Assembly (NCBI GenBank): GCA_964016885.1
Contig: OZ024743.1
Span: 87,234,001-87,298,000, forward strand
Origin: Eledone cirrhosa
Lineage: Eukaryota
Reading direction: 5' to 3'
DNA length: 64,000 nt
Positions 51,931 to 63,900 of the stretch are shown in pieces. The first letter of the stretch is position 1. The number at the start of each line of letters is the position of its first letter. The position numbers and the translations under genes are program-made. The notes beneath the pieces are model-generated. The model was not told the origin of the DNA. It saw only the letters and a program-made list of their open reading frames with translations, and did no database searches.

Positions 51931-52639
51931 TCAATCGATTTTTAATTGAATGCTATATATATATATCAGTAGTAACACAACAGTTAGTTCACCATACTGA
52001 GAACAATTGTTTCACCTTAGCGGATTCGTAGCGGTCCGTAACTCTATGTATATATTATAACTCTATATATATATTATAATAAGGAACGAGGATTCAGTGT
52101 TGCATCATATCATATCATCATCATCATCATCATTTTTATGTCCGCTTTTCCCTGCTTGCAAGGGTGAGATGGGAACTGATTCTGGCTTGATTTCTACAGC
52201 TGGATGCCCTTCCTAACACCAACCTCATTTACAGTGAGTGCTGGGTGCTTTTTTGCCATGGCACCTCCACGACCACTTTGCAGTGGAATGATAGGGACCC
52301 CAGTCCCTATCATCTCATTTCTACAGCTGAGTAAACTGGAGCGATGTGAAATAAAGTGTCTTACTCAAGGAAACAACACATCACCCAGTCTGAGAATTGA
52401 ACTCACAACCTTTCTATTGCAAGGCCAACGCTCTAACCACTAAGCCATCTAATAACATATTACATAATCAGCTTGAGGCAAGATCTATTAGGGATCAAAC
52501 CTGACTCTGTAATCGAAAGTTCTTCAGATATGTTTGCTGTTTAAACCCATGCTAGTGTGGAAGATGGACGTTAAACGAAGATGATGATGATGTTTGGTAT
52601 ATGAGTTCATCTCCGAGATATAAATATACATAAAATAAT

Positions 52640-53530
52640 AATGCTTTCTTTATTAACCACAAGGGTTTAAACAAAGTAGACATTAAGGACAGTACAGGAC
52701 AATACAGGACGGTTCAAATGGGCATTTCTGCGTGTAAAAAACAAAAACAGAGGATGTAACAAAAAATAACAATGAAAAATTCCCCAATAGGGGGGAGACT
52801 TCCGAGGGCCATCGTGGAGAAAGCCCATTAGAAAAAGCTACGGTGACCCTGACCACCAGGGCAAGTGCCCTCTTCCAGTTTTCCACTTTCAATTTACAGG
52901 TATATATATACTCAGAGTTTATGCTGGGAAGAGAGCATTTCCCTCTCTACCCTGATTTTCCTTTTAATCAGGGCATCACCAAAGAGGTAAGTGCTCGTCT
53001 TCAGCCCTTTCAAACGTGTCCACCATACTATCTCTTTCGCCATGGCCACCAGACAGATAAAAACTGCCTGCCCTTCCCGGCTAAAGGAAGAGGGCGGGGC
53101 AATCCTCACGATGGACTCAGCTGATAGCCGGATCCGTTCTACACATGACAGTAGGTGTTCGACATAAACCCACAAGTCAGCAATGCTCGGACACTGGACG
53201 AGTGCATGCAGGACGGTTTCGTCGCTCTGCGAGCATCTCGGACATGCCCGACTGACGGCACCTCCATGCCTGTAGAGTTTATCCCGAAATGGCAAAGCTC
53301 CTCGGTAGCACTGCCAGGCCAGGGATTTCTGGAAATTGTCCATAGGCCCCAGCCCGAAAGTTCTTCCGAAGAGATTGGCTAGTTGATTTTCGTCGAGGCC
53401 TAGAGTTTCCCCAAGTACGTCGTCGCTCTTCCCTTCCACTAATCCTCTATAGAACGCCAAGGTGGAGTTTCCACCGATCACATTGCCCGACTGGTCGAGG
53501 GCCGTGAGTGCCTGAAGACATTCCAGTCTC
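52640..53530 (-). mobile_element. L1/Tx1-clade LINE 3' fragment
   Basis: zf-RVT-like W..YRGALP...CPRC....ETVLHALVQC; minus-strand AATAAA near 52650. Confidence 0.8.
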
Positions 53531-54128
53531 CATAAAATAATAATAATAATAAAAAGGATGAGGTGTTGCCTTTCCATGGTGTTCCAGAAAAGCACTCCAC
53601 TAAGTTAGGGGCTAGTAGTTTAGTGATTGTAATGTCCAGTTACTGTAGGCTCACCAAAGTGAACACTCGATATGTAGTTTCCAGTAGGTATAATGGTACT
53701 GTTCTAAGCTGAGTGTAAGAATTGTTTCTACTTTTTGGCACAAGGCCAGCAATTATCCCAGTATATTACTGGTACTTTATTTTATCGACCCCGTAAGGAT
53801 GAAAGGTAAAGTTAACCTCGGCAGGATTTGAAATCAGTCCGTAAAGGGATGTAACTGTGCTGCAAAGCATGGCGTCCGACCCTCTACCGATACGAGTGTA
53901 ATAATAATATAAAATAACACCTTGTCCTTTTTATTATTAGTAGACCATGAAAAACATGGGCGGAGGCGGTGAGAGCAGACCTCAGATTGATGAAACTCAC
54001 CGAGGAGATGATGAAGGACCGTGACAGGTGGAGAGATGCTGAATAGGACCCGTTCAACCCTTGCAAGCAGGGAAAAGCGGACGTAAAATGATGATGATGA
54101 TGATGATTAACTGGATGTTACAATATAC

Positions 54129-54186
<58 letters not shown>

Positions 54187-54192
<6 letters not shown>

Positions 54193-54671
54193 AATGAATA
54201 ATAACAGGGAGACATCATAAAAAGGTAATTTATTCCATGTATTTTTCCACGGTGGTTATACAGCCTAGTTATGCTATGTGCAAATTTGTAACTATTTGCA
54301 AAACTCAATTATCAAATGCTGTTACCACTGTTTCCTCAAAGCAGAATGGTTAAAATGTTAACCATTCTGCTCTGAGGAAACAGTGGTAACAGCATTTGAT
54401 AATTGAGTTTTGCAAATAGTTACAAATTTGCACATAGCATAACTAGGCTGTATAACCACCGTGGAAACATTTGTAAGCACACGGAATAAATTACCTTTTT
54501 ATGATCTCTACCTGTTATTATTCATTCTTTATCTACACTCCGGAATACAGAAGGATCAGAAACTATTCTTCCATAACTCGTTGACTAACCCCTCACCGTA
54601 CGTCAACTCTATCCAGTGTTGTAATTAACTATTACTGCATTCAGGATAATCCTAAGCATTTCTTGCATAAC

Positions 54672-54675
<4 letters not shown>
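54187..54675 (+). mobile_element. ORF-less fold-back element: ~170-bp arms, 4-nt loop, hammerhead in right arm
   Basis: 54187-54353 vs 54358-54532 reverse complements; (TA)n on both sides. Confidence 0.8.
54368..54479 (+). ncRNA. type I hammerhead ribozyme with ~85-nt stem II region
   Basis: tgct-CTGAGGA-aacagtggt...accaccgtg-GAAA-catttGTA-agca. Confidence 0.7.
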
Positions 54676-54712
<37 letters not shown>

Positions 54713-54869
54713 ATATATTTTATAAAGAATCGGGACTTGACGGCTGAGCTCTTGCTGTTTCAACAGCTTGTTCCAGAGTCTGGAAATGGCAAGAGCTCAC
54801 CTGTCGAGTCCCTACTCTTTATAATATAACCATACTCTACTACTCCAAGTGGTGAGTACTCTGTTGAGT

Positions 54870-55095
54870 TAACATCAATATGTAACGAAAGTCACTACAC
54901 TTTATACAAGGGTAGCTAACCATAAACAACAACAATATCTAATAACAGTCACCACACTCATTACAAGGGTAGCTTGCTATCAACCAACAACATCAATATA
55001 TAACAACTGTAACCTCACTCTATACAAAGGTAGCTTGCTACCAACAACATTATAAATATGTAATGACAGTCACTACACTGTATATAAGGGTACAA
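54870..55095. repeat. degenerate ~60-bp tandem repeat x4 next to the exon 2 donor
   Basis: repeated aacatcaatat..aacagtcactacact..atacaagggtagct. Confidence 0.7.
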
Positions 55096-55121
55096 ATGTA
55101 AGAAAAACAGAAAGTACTTAC

Positions 55122-55178
55122 TCAGTATCATACCAGCCCACCACAGCCATTCTCTTAGGTAACCATATCCACCCTGAC
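55122..55178 (-). CDS. NIPA2: NIPA2-like, coding exon 2 (57 nt)
   Basis: tttcag|...|gtaagt; GQGGYGYLREWLWWAGMIL. Confidence 0.96.
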
Positions 55179-56774
55179 CTGAAATATTATTAAAAGATCT
55201 TTACAGCATATTTTACAACTGGTTCAAATACTAACTGTGTCTCTCTCCATATATATATATAATCATCATCACCGTTTTACGTCCGTTCTTCCACGCTAGC
55301 ATGGGTTAGACGGGTTGTCCTGTTGTGGGCAGTGTCCAGTCGGCTGACCTTGTCTTGCTCATACGGGAACTGATTCTGGCTTGATGTCTACAGCTGGATG
55401 CCCTTCCTAACACCAACCTCATTTACAGTGTGGGCTGGGTGCTTTTTTGCCGTGGCACCTCCACGTCCACTTTACAGTGTGGGCTGGGTGCTTTTTTGCC
55501 GTGGCACCTCCACGTCCACTTTAAAGTGTGGGCTGGGTGCTTTTTTGCTGTGGCACCTTCATGACCACTTTGCAGTGGAATGATAGGGACCCCACCCACG
55601 CCTATCATCTCATTTCTACAGCTGAGTAAACTGGAGCAATGTGAAATAAAGTGCCTTGCTCAAGGAAACAATACATCACCCGGTCTGAGAATTGAACTCA
55701 CAACTTTTCGACCACTAAGCCATGTGCCATATATATATATGTCCCTAGTATATATATTCGAGATATATATATATATAAAATTACAAGAAATGTAGCAGGC
55801 TGTGTGGTTACTGTAAACAAAGTGTAAGATGGTAATATGGACGTGAACAAGAGAAGAAACCCTTCATCAGCTGTTAACTGCAATCATAGATGTTTCGGCG
55901 CTTAAAACAAGACATCCAAATCAATCAGCAGCGCGCCCAAGGTCTTTTATCGATCAAAAGGCCATGAGGGAAAGAATAGAAAAAAATAGTGAAGAGAGGG
56001 GAAGAAAGAGGAAAAACGAAGTAAACAAACCAAATGGGGGGGGGGGGGCACAGGACAATGGCACAAGCAAGTGAGTAACCGAGGAAAAAATAGAATAAGA
56101 CAGATACATATGCATACATACACATAAAATGTAAAGGATAATCTCAGTTGATTGAAGTTTTCTCATTCATGTTACATTTAAGCTTCAAGATTGTATTTGT
56201 ATGAAGGCTAGGCACTTCATGTAATGTGAGGCCCCTCACAGATTGTTGCCACTTAATCAGTACATTATTTCTATTAACAGTATTGGTAGAGCATCCAACA
56301 ATATGCTTTACAGCATAGACTTACGGTCCTTTACATTCTCAGTTCAAATCCCACTGAGTTTAGCTTTGCCTTTCATCCTTGCGGAGTCGATAAAATAAAG
56401 TACCAGTAACGCATTGGGGTTGATTTAATTGACTTTCTTCTCACCCCAAAATTGTTGGCCTTGTGCCTAAATCAGAAACAATTATTTCTTTCCCTGCTTT
56501 TCTAGATCTATGTCTTACAATTCTTAATCTAGTCAACTTGCTAAGTAAATATGCTTCACTGAGGAAATCTAATAAGGTTGAAACATATCTGCTGCTTTAT
56601 ACCATTTTGGTATTACTGTAGATTGTTTAAAAAAAAAAACTTGGACTATACTCATGCTATAGGAGTTCTTTCCCTTGCTTGCCACAGAAAAAGGGAGTTT
56701 TGATCTTGAAATTGCAAGGATAATTTCAGTTGATTGAAATTTTTTATGTCACTCACCATATTCAGACAGCAAAA

Positions 56775-57943
56775 CTATGTTAATATGTGTGTGTATGTGT
56801 GTGTGTGAATGTATTTGTATTTATGTGCGTGTTGTGTATTTGAGTGTATGTATGTGTATTTATGTGCGTGTTGTGTATTTGAGTGTATGTATGTGTATTT
56901 ATGTGTTTGAATATGTGCGCGCAAGTGTGTTGTGCGTGTCTATCTGTATGTGTATGTCTGTCTCTGTATGTATGTGTGTCTGTGTAATGTATGTGTATGT
57001 ATGTGCGTGTGCATCTATGAGAATGTATGTGTGTATATATGTCTATGTATGTATGTGTGTGTGTGTGCATGTATGAATGTGTGTGTGTCTGAATGTATAT
57101 GTTTGTGTGAATGTGTCTGAATGTGTATGCGTGTGTGTATGGCTATGGCTATGCATGTCTGAATGTATGTGTGTATGTATATATGTATGTCTTTGAATGA
57201 ATGTCTTTGAATGTATGTCTGTATATATGTATGTGTATATATGTGTGTGTATATATATATGTGTGTTTGAATGTATGTTTATATATGTGTCTGTGAATGT
57301 ATGTGTATATATACGTGTGTCTGTGAATGTATGTGTGTATATATGTGTGTCTGTGAATGTATGTGTGTATATATATGTGTCTGTGAATGTATGTGTGTAT
57401 ATATGCGTGTCTGTGAATGTATGTGTGTATATATATATGTGTCTGTGAATGTATGTGTGTATATATGTGTGTCTGTGAATGTAGGTGTGTATATATGTGT
57501 GTCTGTGAATGTATGTGTGTATATATATGTGTCTGTGAATGTATGTGTGTATATATATGTGTCTGTGAGTGTGTGTGTGTGTGTGTATATATGTGTGTCT
57601 GAATGTATGTGTGTATACATATGTGTCTGTGAATGTATGTGTATATATATGTGTATCTGTGAATGTATGTGTGTATATATGTGTATCTGTGAATGTATGT
57701 GTATATATATGTGTCTGTGAGTGTCTGTGAATGTATGTGTGTATATATATGTGTCTGTGAGTGTATGTGTGTGTATATATGTGTCTGTGAGTGTATGTGA
57801 GTGTATATATGTGTCTGTGAATGTATGTGTGTATATATATGTGTCTGTAAGTGTATGTGTGTGTATATATGTGTCTGTGAATGTATGTGTATATATATGT
57901 GTCTGTGAGTGTATGTATGTGTATATATGTGTCTGTGAATGTA
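56775..57943. repeat. TG-rich microsatellite grading into a ~30-bp minisatellite (tgtgtctgtgaatgtatgtgtgtatatata)
   Basis: direct inspection; same unit resumes at 59750-60378. Confidence 0.9.
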
Positions 57944-59750
57944 TCATCATCATCACCGTTTTACATCCGTTCTTCCACGATAGCATGGGTTAGACGGGTT
58001 GTCCTGTTGTGGGCAGTGTCTGGTCGGCTGACCATGCCTTGCTCATACAGGAAATTATTTGGCTTGATTTCTACAGCTGGATGCCCTTCCTAACACCAAC
58101 CTCATTTACAGTGAGTGCTGGGTGCTTTTTCGTGGCGCCTACACGTCCTCTTTACAGTGTGGGCTGGGTGCTTTTTTGCCGTGGCACCTCCACGACCACC
58201 TTGCAGTGGGGGGTGTGGGGGGCATATTGTCTATATGCTTCAGCTTGTACCCATGGGAGGTCGGGTACTCTGTATTACTGCGTGACGCCAGAGGTCACGG
58301 TCGTGTGTCATCGCCTTTGAGAGGTGTAATTGGGTAAGGTCGGCTTTTATCACCTCATCCCAGGTCATCTTGGGTCTCCCCACTCCGCGGTTTCCATCGA
58401 CTTCTAGTGCTCTGCATCTTTTTATGCAGCTGTCATCCTTCATACGCATCACATGTCCATACCAACGCAACCGCCTCTCCTGCACACAGCATTTGATTCC
58501 TCTTATGCTCAGTCTCTCTCTCAATTCATCTATGCTTTGTCGTTCGCGTATATTACTATTACACATCCATCGGAGCATGCAGGCTTCGTTTCTCTCTAAT
58601 CTACGTAAGTCTTCCACCTTCAGCACCCAGGTCTCACTACCATGCAACATTGCTGTTCGGATACACGCATCATACAGTCTGCCTTTCATTTTGAGGGAGA
58701 AGCTTCTTCCATCCCGTTCTTACCCTAGTTATTGTACTTTCTGAACACCCACCTCTGCTGCTAATTCGGTCACCTAGGTAGCAGAAGCTGTCTACTGTTT
58801 CTACAGAGCCCTCCCAGAGAAGCCTACATTCTTAATTAAGCTTCCTGAGATCCCGCTACATCTCTTGTTTACCCATTGTTTGCATTTGGGGCAGAGAATG
58901 GAGTTCCTACCTACACCTTTCCTACATACTGAGCAAGGCCATTTCTCTGAGGGGATCTGGGTTCTGTCTTCTCGTCTACTTACAAGGACCTTAGTCTTTG
59001 AGACCCTTTCTTTCTAGTCCCTGCTTTCAAGTTTGGAATTTCTTCTCTAGTTCTACCATAGATTCAGCTATAAGCGCGAGGTCATCAGCATACAGGAGTT
59101 CCCATGGGCATCCGGTCTTAAACTCCTCCGTTATTGCCTGCAGGACTATGATGAACAGGAGGGGGCTAAGAACAGAGCCCTGGTGGACCCTAACGTGTAC
59201 GCTAAATTCCTCGCTATACTCATTGCTAATCCTAACTTTGCTGACTGCTCCCCTATACATGGCTTGTACAGCTTTCACAAGCCATTCATCTACTCCTAGT
59301 TTTCTAAGAGCCCACCAGATTACAGCACGTGGAACTCTGTCAAAGGCTTTCTCAAGATCGACAAATGGAGTGGCTTACTTTTAGCTAGGTACTTTTCCTG
59401 TAACTGCCTCACAAGGAAGAGGGCATCAGTGGTGCCTCTTCCTGGTACAAACCCAAATTGCATCTCATCTAGTTTCACCCGGTCCCTAATCAACTGTGCT
59501 ATAACTCTTTCTGTTACTTTCATGACCTGGTCCATCAGCTTTATACCTCTATCTAGTGCATCACCTTTACCTTTGTAGCAGTTGACAATGATGCTACTGC
59601 ACCAATCTTTTGGTATGACACCTTCTAGTATTACCTGGTTAACAATACGTGTGGTTATAGTGTGACCTACAGACCCAGATGCCTTCAGCATCTCGGCAGC
59701 TATACCCGATGGACCGGTTGCCTTCCCCATCTTCATATCTTTGATTGCTT
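57943..59750 (-). mobile_element. 5'-truncated RTE LINE with several small deletions, inserted in the minisatellite
   Basis: ORFs 59320..59736, 59027..59278, 58240..58689; (GAT)n tail. Confidence 0.93.
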
Positions 59751-60378
59751 TGTGTCTGTGAGTGTGTGTGTATATATGTGTCTGTGAATGTATGTGTATA
59801 TATATATGTGTCTGTGAGTGTATGTGTGTGTATATATGTGTCTGTGAATGTATGTGTGTATATATATGTGTCTGAGTGTATGTGTGTATATATATATGTG
59901 TCTGTGAGTGTATGTGTGTATATATATGTGTCTGTGAATGTATGTGTGTATATATATATGTGTCTGTGAGTGTATGTGTATATATATATATGTGTCTGTG
60001 AGTGTATGTGTATATATATATATGTGTCTGTGAGTGTTTCCTCTATCTAGTGCATCACCTTTACCTTTGTCTGTGAGTGTATGTGTGTGTATATATGTGT
60101 CTGTGAATGTATGTGTGTATATATATGTGTCTGTGAGTGTATGTGTGTGTATATATGTGTCTGTGAGTGTATGTGTGTATATATATATGTGTCTGTGAAT
60201 GTATGTGTGTATATATATGTGTCTGTGAGTGTATGTGAGTATATATATATATATGTGTCTGTGAATGTATGTGTGTATATATATATGTGTCTGTGAGTGT
60301 ATGTGTGTATATATATGTGTCTGTGAATGTATGTGTGTATATATATGTGTCTGTGAGTGTATGTGTGTGTATATATGT
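59750..60378. repeat. ~30-bp minisatellite, right half
   Basis: same unit as 57270-57943. Confidence 0.9.
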
Positions 60379-60501
60379 ATCTCTCCCCACCATAAAAAAA
60401 CAGCATATAAAATTCTTCCAATCACTTCCTGATACCGCAAACAACACTGCCATCTAGCAGAGAAGAAGAACATGGAATGGATGAAAGCCCTCACAACTCA
60501 C

Positions 60502-60664
60502 CTGCTCTGGCATGAGTGGCAAGACGCAGCAGGCCAAGTTTCTTGAAGATGAAACTGCTTCCAATAAAGATACTGGAAGAAATAGCGAGTGTGAGTCCAA
60601 TATAGAAGTCTCGGAGGTTGTCATCACTGCTCACAGATGTAGAATGACCAATCTGTGTCACCAT
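60502..60664 (-). CDS. NIPA2: NIPA2-like, first identified coding exon (exon spans 60502-60799)
   Basis: MVTQ...[37 protein letters not shown]; donor |gtgagt; acceptor (t)11cag| at 60800; summed CDS 163+57+91+161+617=1089 nt. Confidence 0.92.
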
Positions 60665-60890
60665 GACAATTGAGGATGCTGAAGCTGTGTTCTGTAAAGG
60701 TCGGCTCCAATTCGGATTGTTTGAAGAACCAAAAACATGGGTTAGACTTCGTTGTTTGGCAATGGGTGTAACATTTGGGGAAAACTTTGAGGGGGTAACC
60801 TGAAAAAAAAAAAATGATATTCATGACATGTTGTTGTTGTTATTGTTCTTATAGTCACATGAAGGACAGATGTTCTTAAGCAAACATCAA

Positions 60891-61703
60891 CCCTTTCATG
60901 ACCACATTTCTAATGAAATACAATCTATTTTAATTAATTAATGAAGAATTTGGAGAGATTTACTAAAACTACTAACTATTTCATTACTAAGATATTTTTA
61001 TTTATTTATTCATTATTAAGATAGTAACAATGTAGGGTGGGTTCTTATATAAAATTAAGTTGGAAGATGTTAATTTAAATTGGAAACCTTTAAAATGGGT
61101 GACTTTATTTCATAGAACCACAACTGGTTTTACTAAAAGTATGAATTATTTCATTACTAAGATAGTAACTTAATGTAAGGTTCTTATATAAAATTATGTT
61201 GGAAGATTTTAATTTAAATTGGAAACCTTTAAAATGGGTGACTTTATTTCATAGAACCACAACTGGTTTTACTAAAAGTATGAATTATTTCATTACTAAG
61301 ATAGTAACTTAATGTAAGGTTCTTATATAAAATTATATTGGAAGATTTTAATTTAAATTGGAAACCTTTAAAATGGGTGACTTTATTTCATAGAACCACA
61401 ACTGGTTTTACTAAAAGTATGAATTATTTCATTACTAAGATAGTAACTTAATGTAAGGTTCTTATATAAAATTATGTTGGAAGATTTTAATTTAAATTGG
61501 AAACCTTTAAAATGGGTGACTTTATTTCATAGAACCACAACTGGTTTTACTAAAAGTATGAATTATTTCATTACTAAGATAGTAACTTAATGTAAGGTTC
61601 TTATATAAAATTATGTTGGAAGATTTTAATTTAAATTGGAAACCTTTAAAATGGTTGGTTTTATTTCATAGAGCCAGTTTTGGCTGGGTTGGTAACTAAA
61701 GGG
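60891..61703. mobile_element. piggyBac-like MITE with internal 139-bp tandem array (~5 copies)
   Basis: ggaaacctttaaaatgg recurs at 61082, 61221, 61360, 61499, 61638; ends ccctt.../aaggg|TTAA. Confidence 0.85.
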
Positions 61704-61719
61704 TTAAGATCCAAAGTTT

Positions 61720-62410
61720 TCTAGCCATATCTATTCCAGCTTCTTTTCAGGTACAGTGTATCTGGGACTACATTGTTGAATGAGTTATTACATTTTTTTT
61801 TGGGGGGGGGGGGGCTAATATTTGAGGACAGCTTTGATGAGATGATCTTGAAAAAATATCAAGACACACTGCCATCATGTATGTTGTTGTTGTTGTTGTA
61901 AAGCCAGAGGACAGCTTCGATAGAACAGACATTACAATCAAAAGCCTTCTAGCCACAGCTTCTTTTTAGACAGTGTATCTGGGACTACGTTATTGAATGC
62001 GTTCTCCAATTGAAGTACACTGACAAGATCTGATGGTGTGCCACCTGAACAAAAATTCAAGATAATACAAGTTGTTGTATAGTCACATGACAATTGTTCT
62101 CAAACAGATATTAAAGTCAAAAGTGTTTGAACCATGACCACACCAGCTTCTTTTCAGACACTGTGTATCTGGGACTACAATATTGAATGTGTTCAATTTT
62201 GGGGGCACTGACTGTAATATTTGGGGATAATTTTGATGGGGTGACATAGAAAAGAAATATAAAAGATACAAAGTCATCACATCTGTTGTTGTTGTATAGC
62301 CAGAGAATAGCCTAGATTGAACAGACAATAAAATTAAAAGACTTCTAGCCAAATCTATCAGCTTTTTTTCAGGCACAGTGTATCTGGGACTACATTATTG
62401 ATTGTGTTCA
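61720..62410. repeat. old degenerate ~190-220 bp tandem repeat
   Basis: cagcttcttttcag..cagtgtatctgggactac motif recurs four times. Confidence 0.7.
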
Positions 62411-63374
62411 ATACTTTTTTTAATGAATGATTAAAGGCAATTTAGGGCAGTGGATTAAATGTCTCAATATTTATTCTAGTTCTCTGTACTCTGAGTTCAA
62501 ATCCAGGCAAGGTTAACTTTGGCTTTCATCCTGAAGTTGATAAATAAAATACCAGTCCAGGGTAGATAGATTAGTAGATTAGTTAAAGAGTTCAATGGGT
62601 AGCTTTGTAGTATTTCATTTGGCTCTGTGCAATCTCAGCCCAAATTCTGCATCTATGTGTCAGAAGTTGCTATCAGCAGATAGCATCAGCAACATGTGAG
62701 GTGGGGTGGCTGTTGCAGCAAGTGTCACATTGTCCACAAGAATGTTTATGCAGTCTTGTCCGCAGGGCACAGCCCCATTACCACCGTGCCCTATCCCCAG
62801 AGCCCAATCACCCTCCCGCTTCTCCCGTGACTCTAGAGCCCTTGCCTTTCCCTTCCTTTTCCGTTTTTTATATTTTCTTATTTTACATTTTCTTCTCTTT
62901 GACGAAATATTAAATTCTTTATTTTTATGTAATTTCATCCTTGAAGTATATGTGAGTATTTTAAAATAAAATAATTTGAAATAGTGTTAGCTGTTGAGCG
63001 TTGTTAGCAAAGATAACTTTTTCCAACTGCCCCCAATAACAGAGGCCTTGAAAAGGAGACATAAGTGTTAACTATTCCGCTTCTGACTTACACCAATAAA
63101 AAAACAAAATGACTAAACTGAATCTATTTGTAGTTGTTAATTTACTAACATACAATAGTATATAGGTTTCAAATTCCAGAAAAGTTGTAAACAAGTTGAA
63201 AGGTGTGTTGAATATTAACAATGGTGGGTGAAAGAAAACTGTAATAAGAAGGTCAGGGTTTTTTATTGACAATGAACAATAACAATAAGAAGTATGACTG
63301 GGTTTGGTGGCATTTCATTGACAAACTTCTATTGATAAAACAACAGTAATATGATCATAATAATAATAAGAATT

Positions 63375-63900
63375 TCTTTATTTTTTTCAAAGGGTCCACT
63401 TCAAGAAAAATATTATGACAGTATAGGACGAAAACATAGTGTGTGTTTGTGTGTGGGTTTTGCATGTAAACAAATTTTAACAATGTTAAAAAAAAGATAA
63501 TAAAATTAAAACAAAGAAGGTTCCTCAATAGTGAGGAGACGTTCGAGGGTCATTCGTGGAAAAAAAACCCTAAAACCATGGGTGTCTGATCTTTAGGGCA
63601 ACTGCCCTGTCCCAGTTGTACTCTTCCAATCTCCAGGCTTACACTCAGAGTGGGCCCATTCACTCAGACCATGCTCAATTCTCTCACCCACCTTTCAACA
63701 AATTGCTTTGAAGGCAGCACTTCTCTCTCTACCCTTATTTTCCTCCTCAAGTGGAATCTGAAGAAGTTAATCAGGGCTTCTCCAAAAAGGAAAGTGTTCG
63801 TCTTCAACCTTTCAAGTTTGTCAACCATACAACCTCTTTTGCCATGACCACAAGACAGATAAATAATGGTTTTAGATTTAGACACAAAGTCAACACTTTT
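63375..63900 (-). mobile_element. L1/Tx1-clade LINE 3' fragment related to 52640-53530
   Basis: FLFGEALINFFRFHLRRKIRVEREVL matches YLFGDALIKRKIRVEREML. Confidence 0.75.

Noticed and set aside
55855-55905. Permuted (type II) hammerhead on the minus strand: GAAAC...CTGATGA
   Set aside because: No U at position 16.1 and no convincing stems I or II
62660-62938. Upstream NIPA2 coding exon
   Set aside because: No recognisable similarity, ends in a stop, no suitable donor identified
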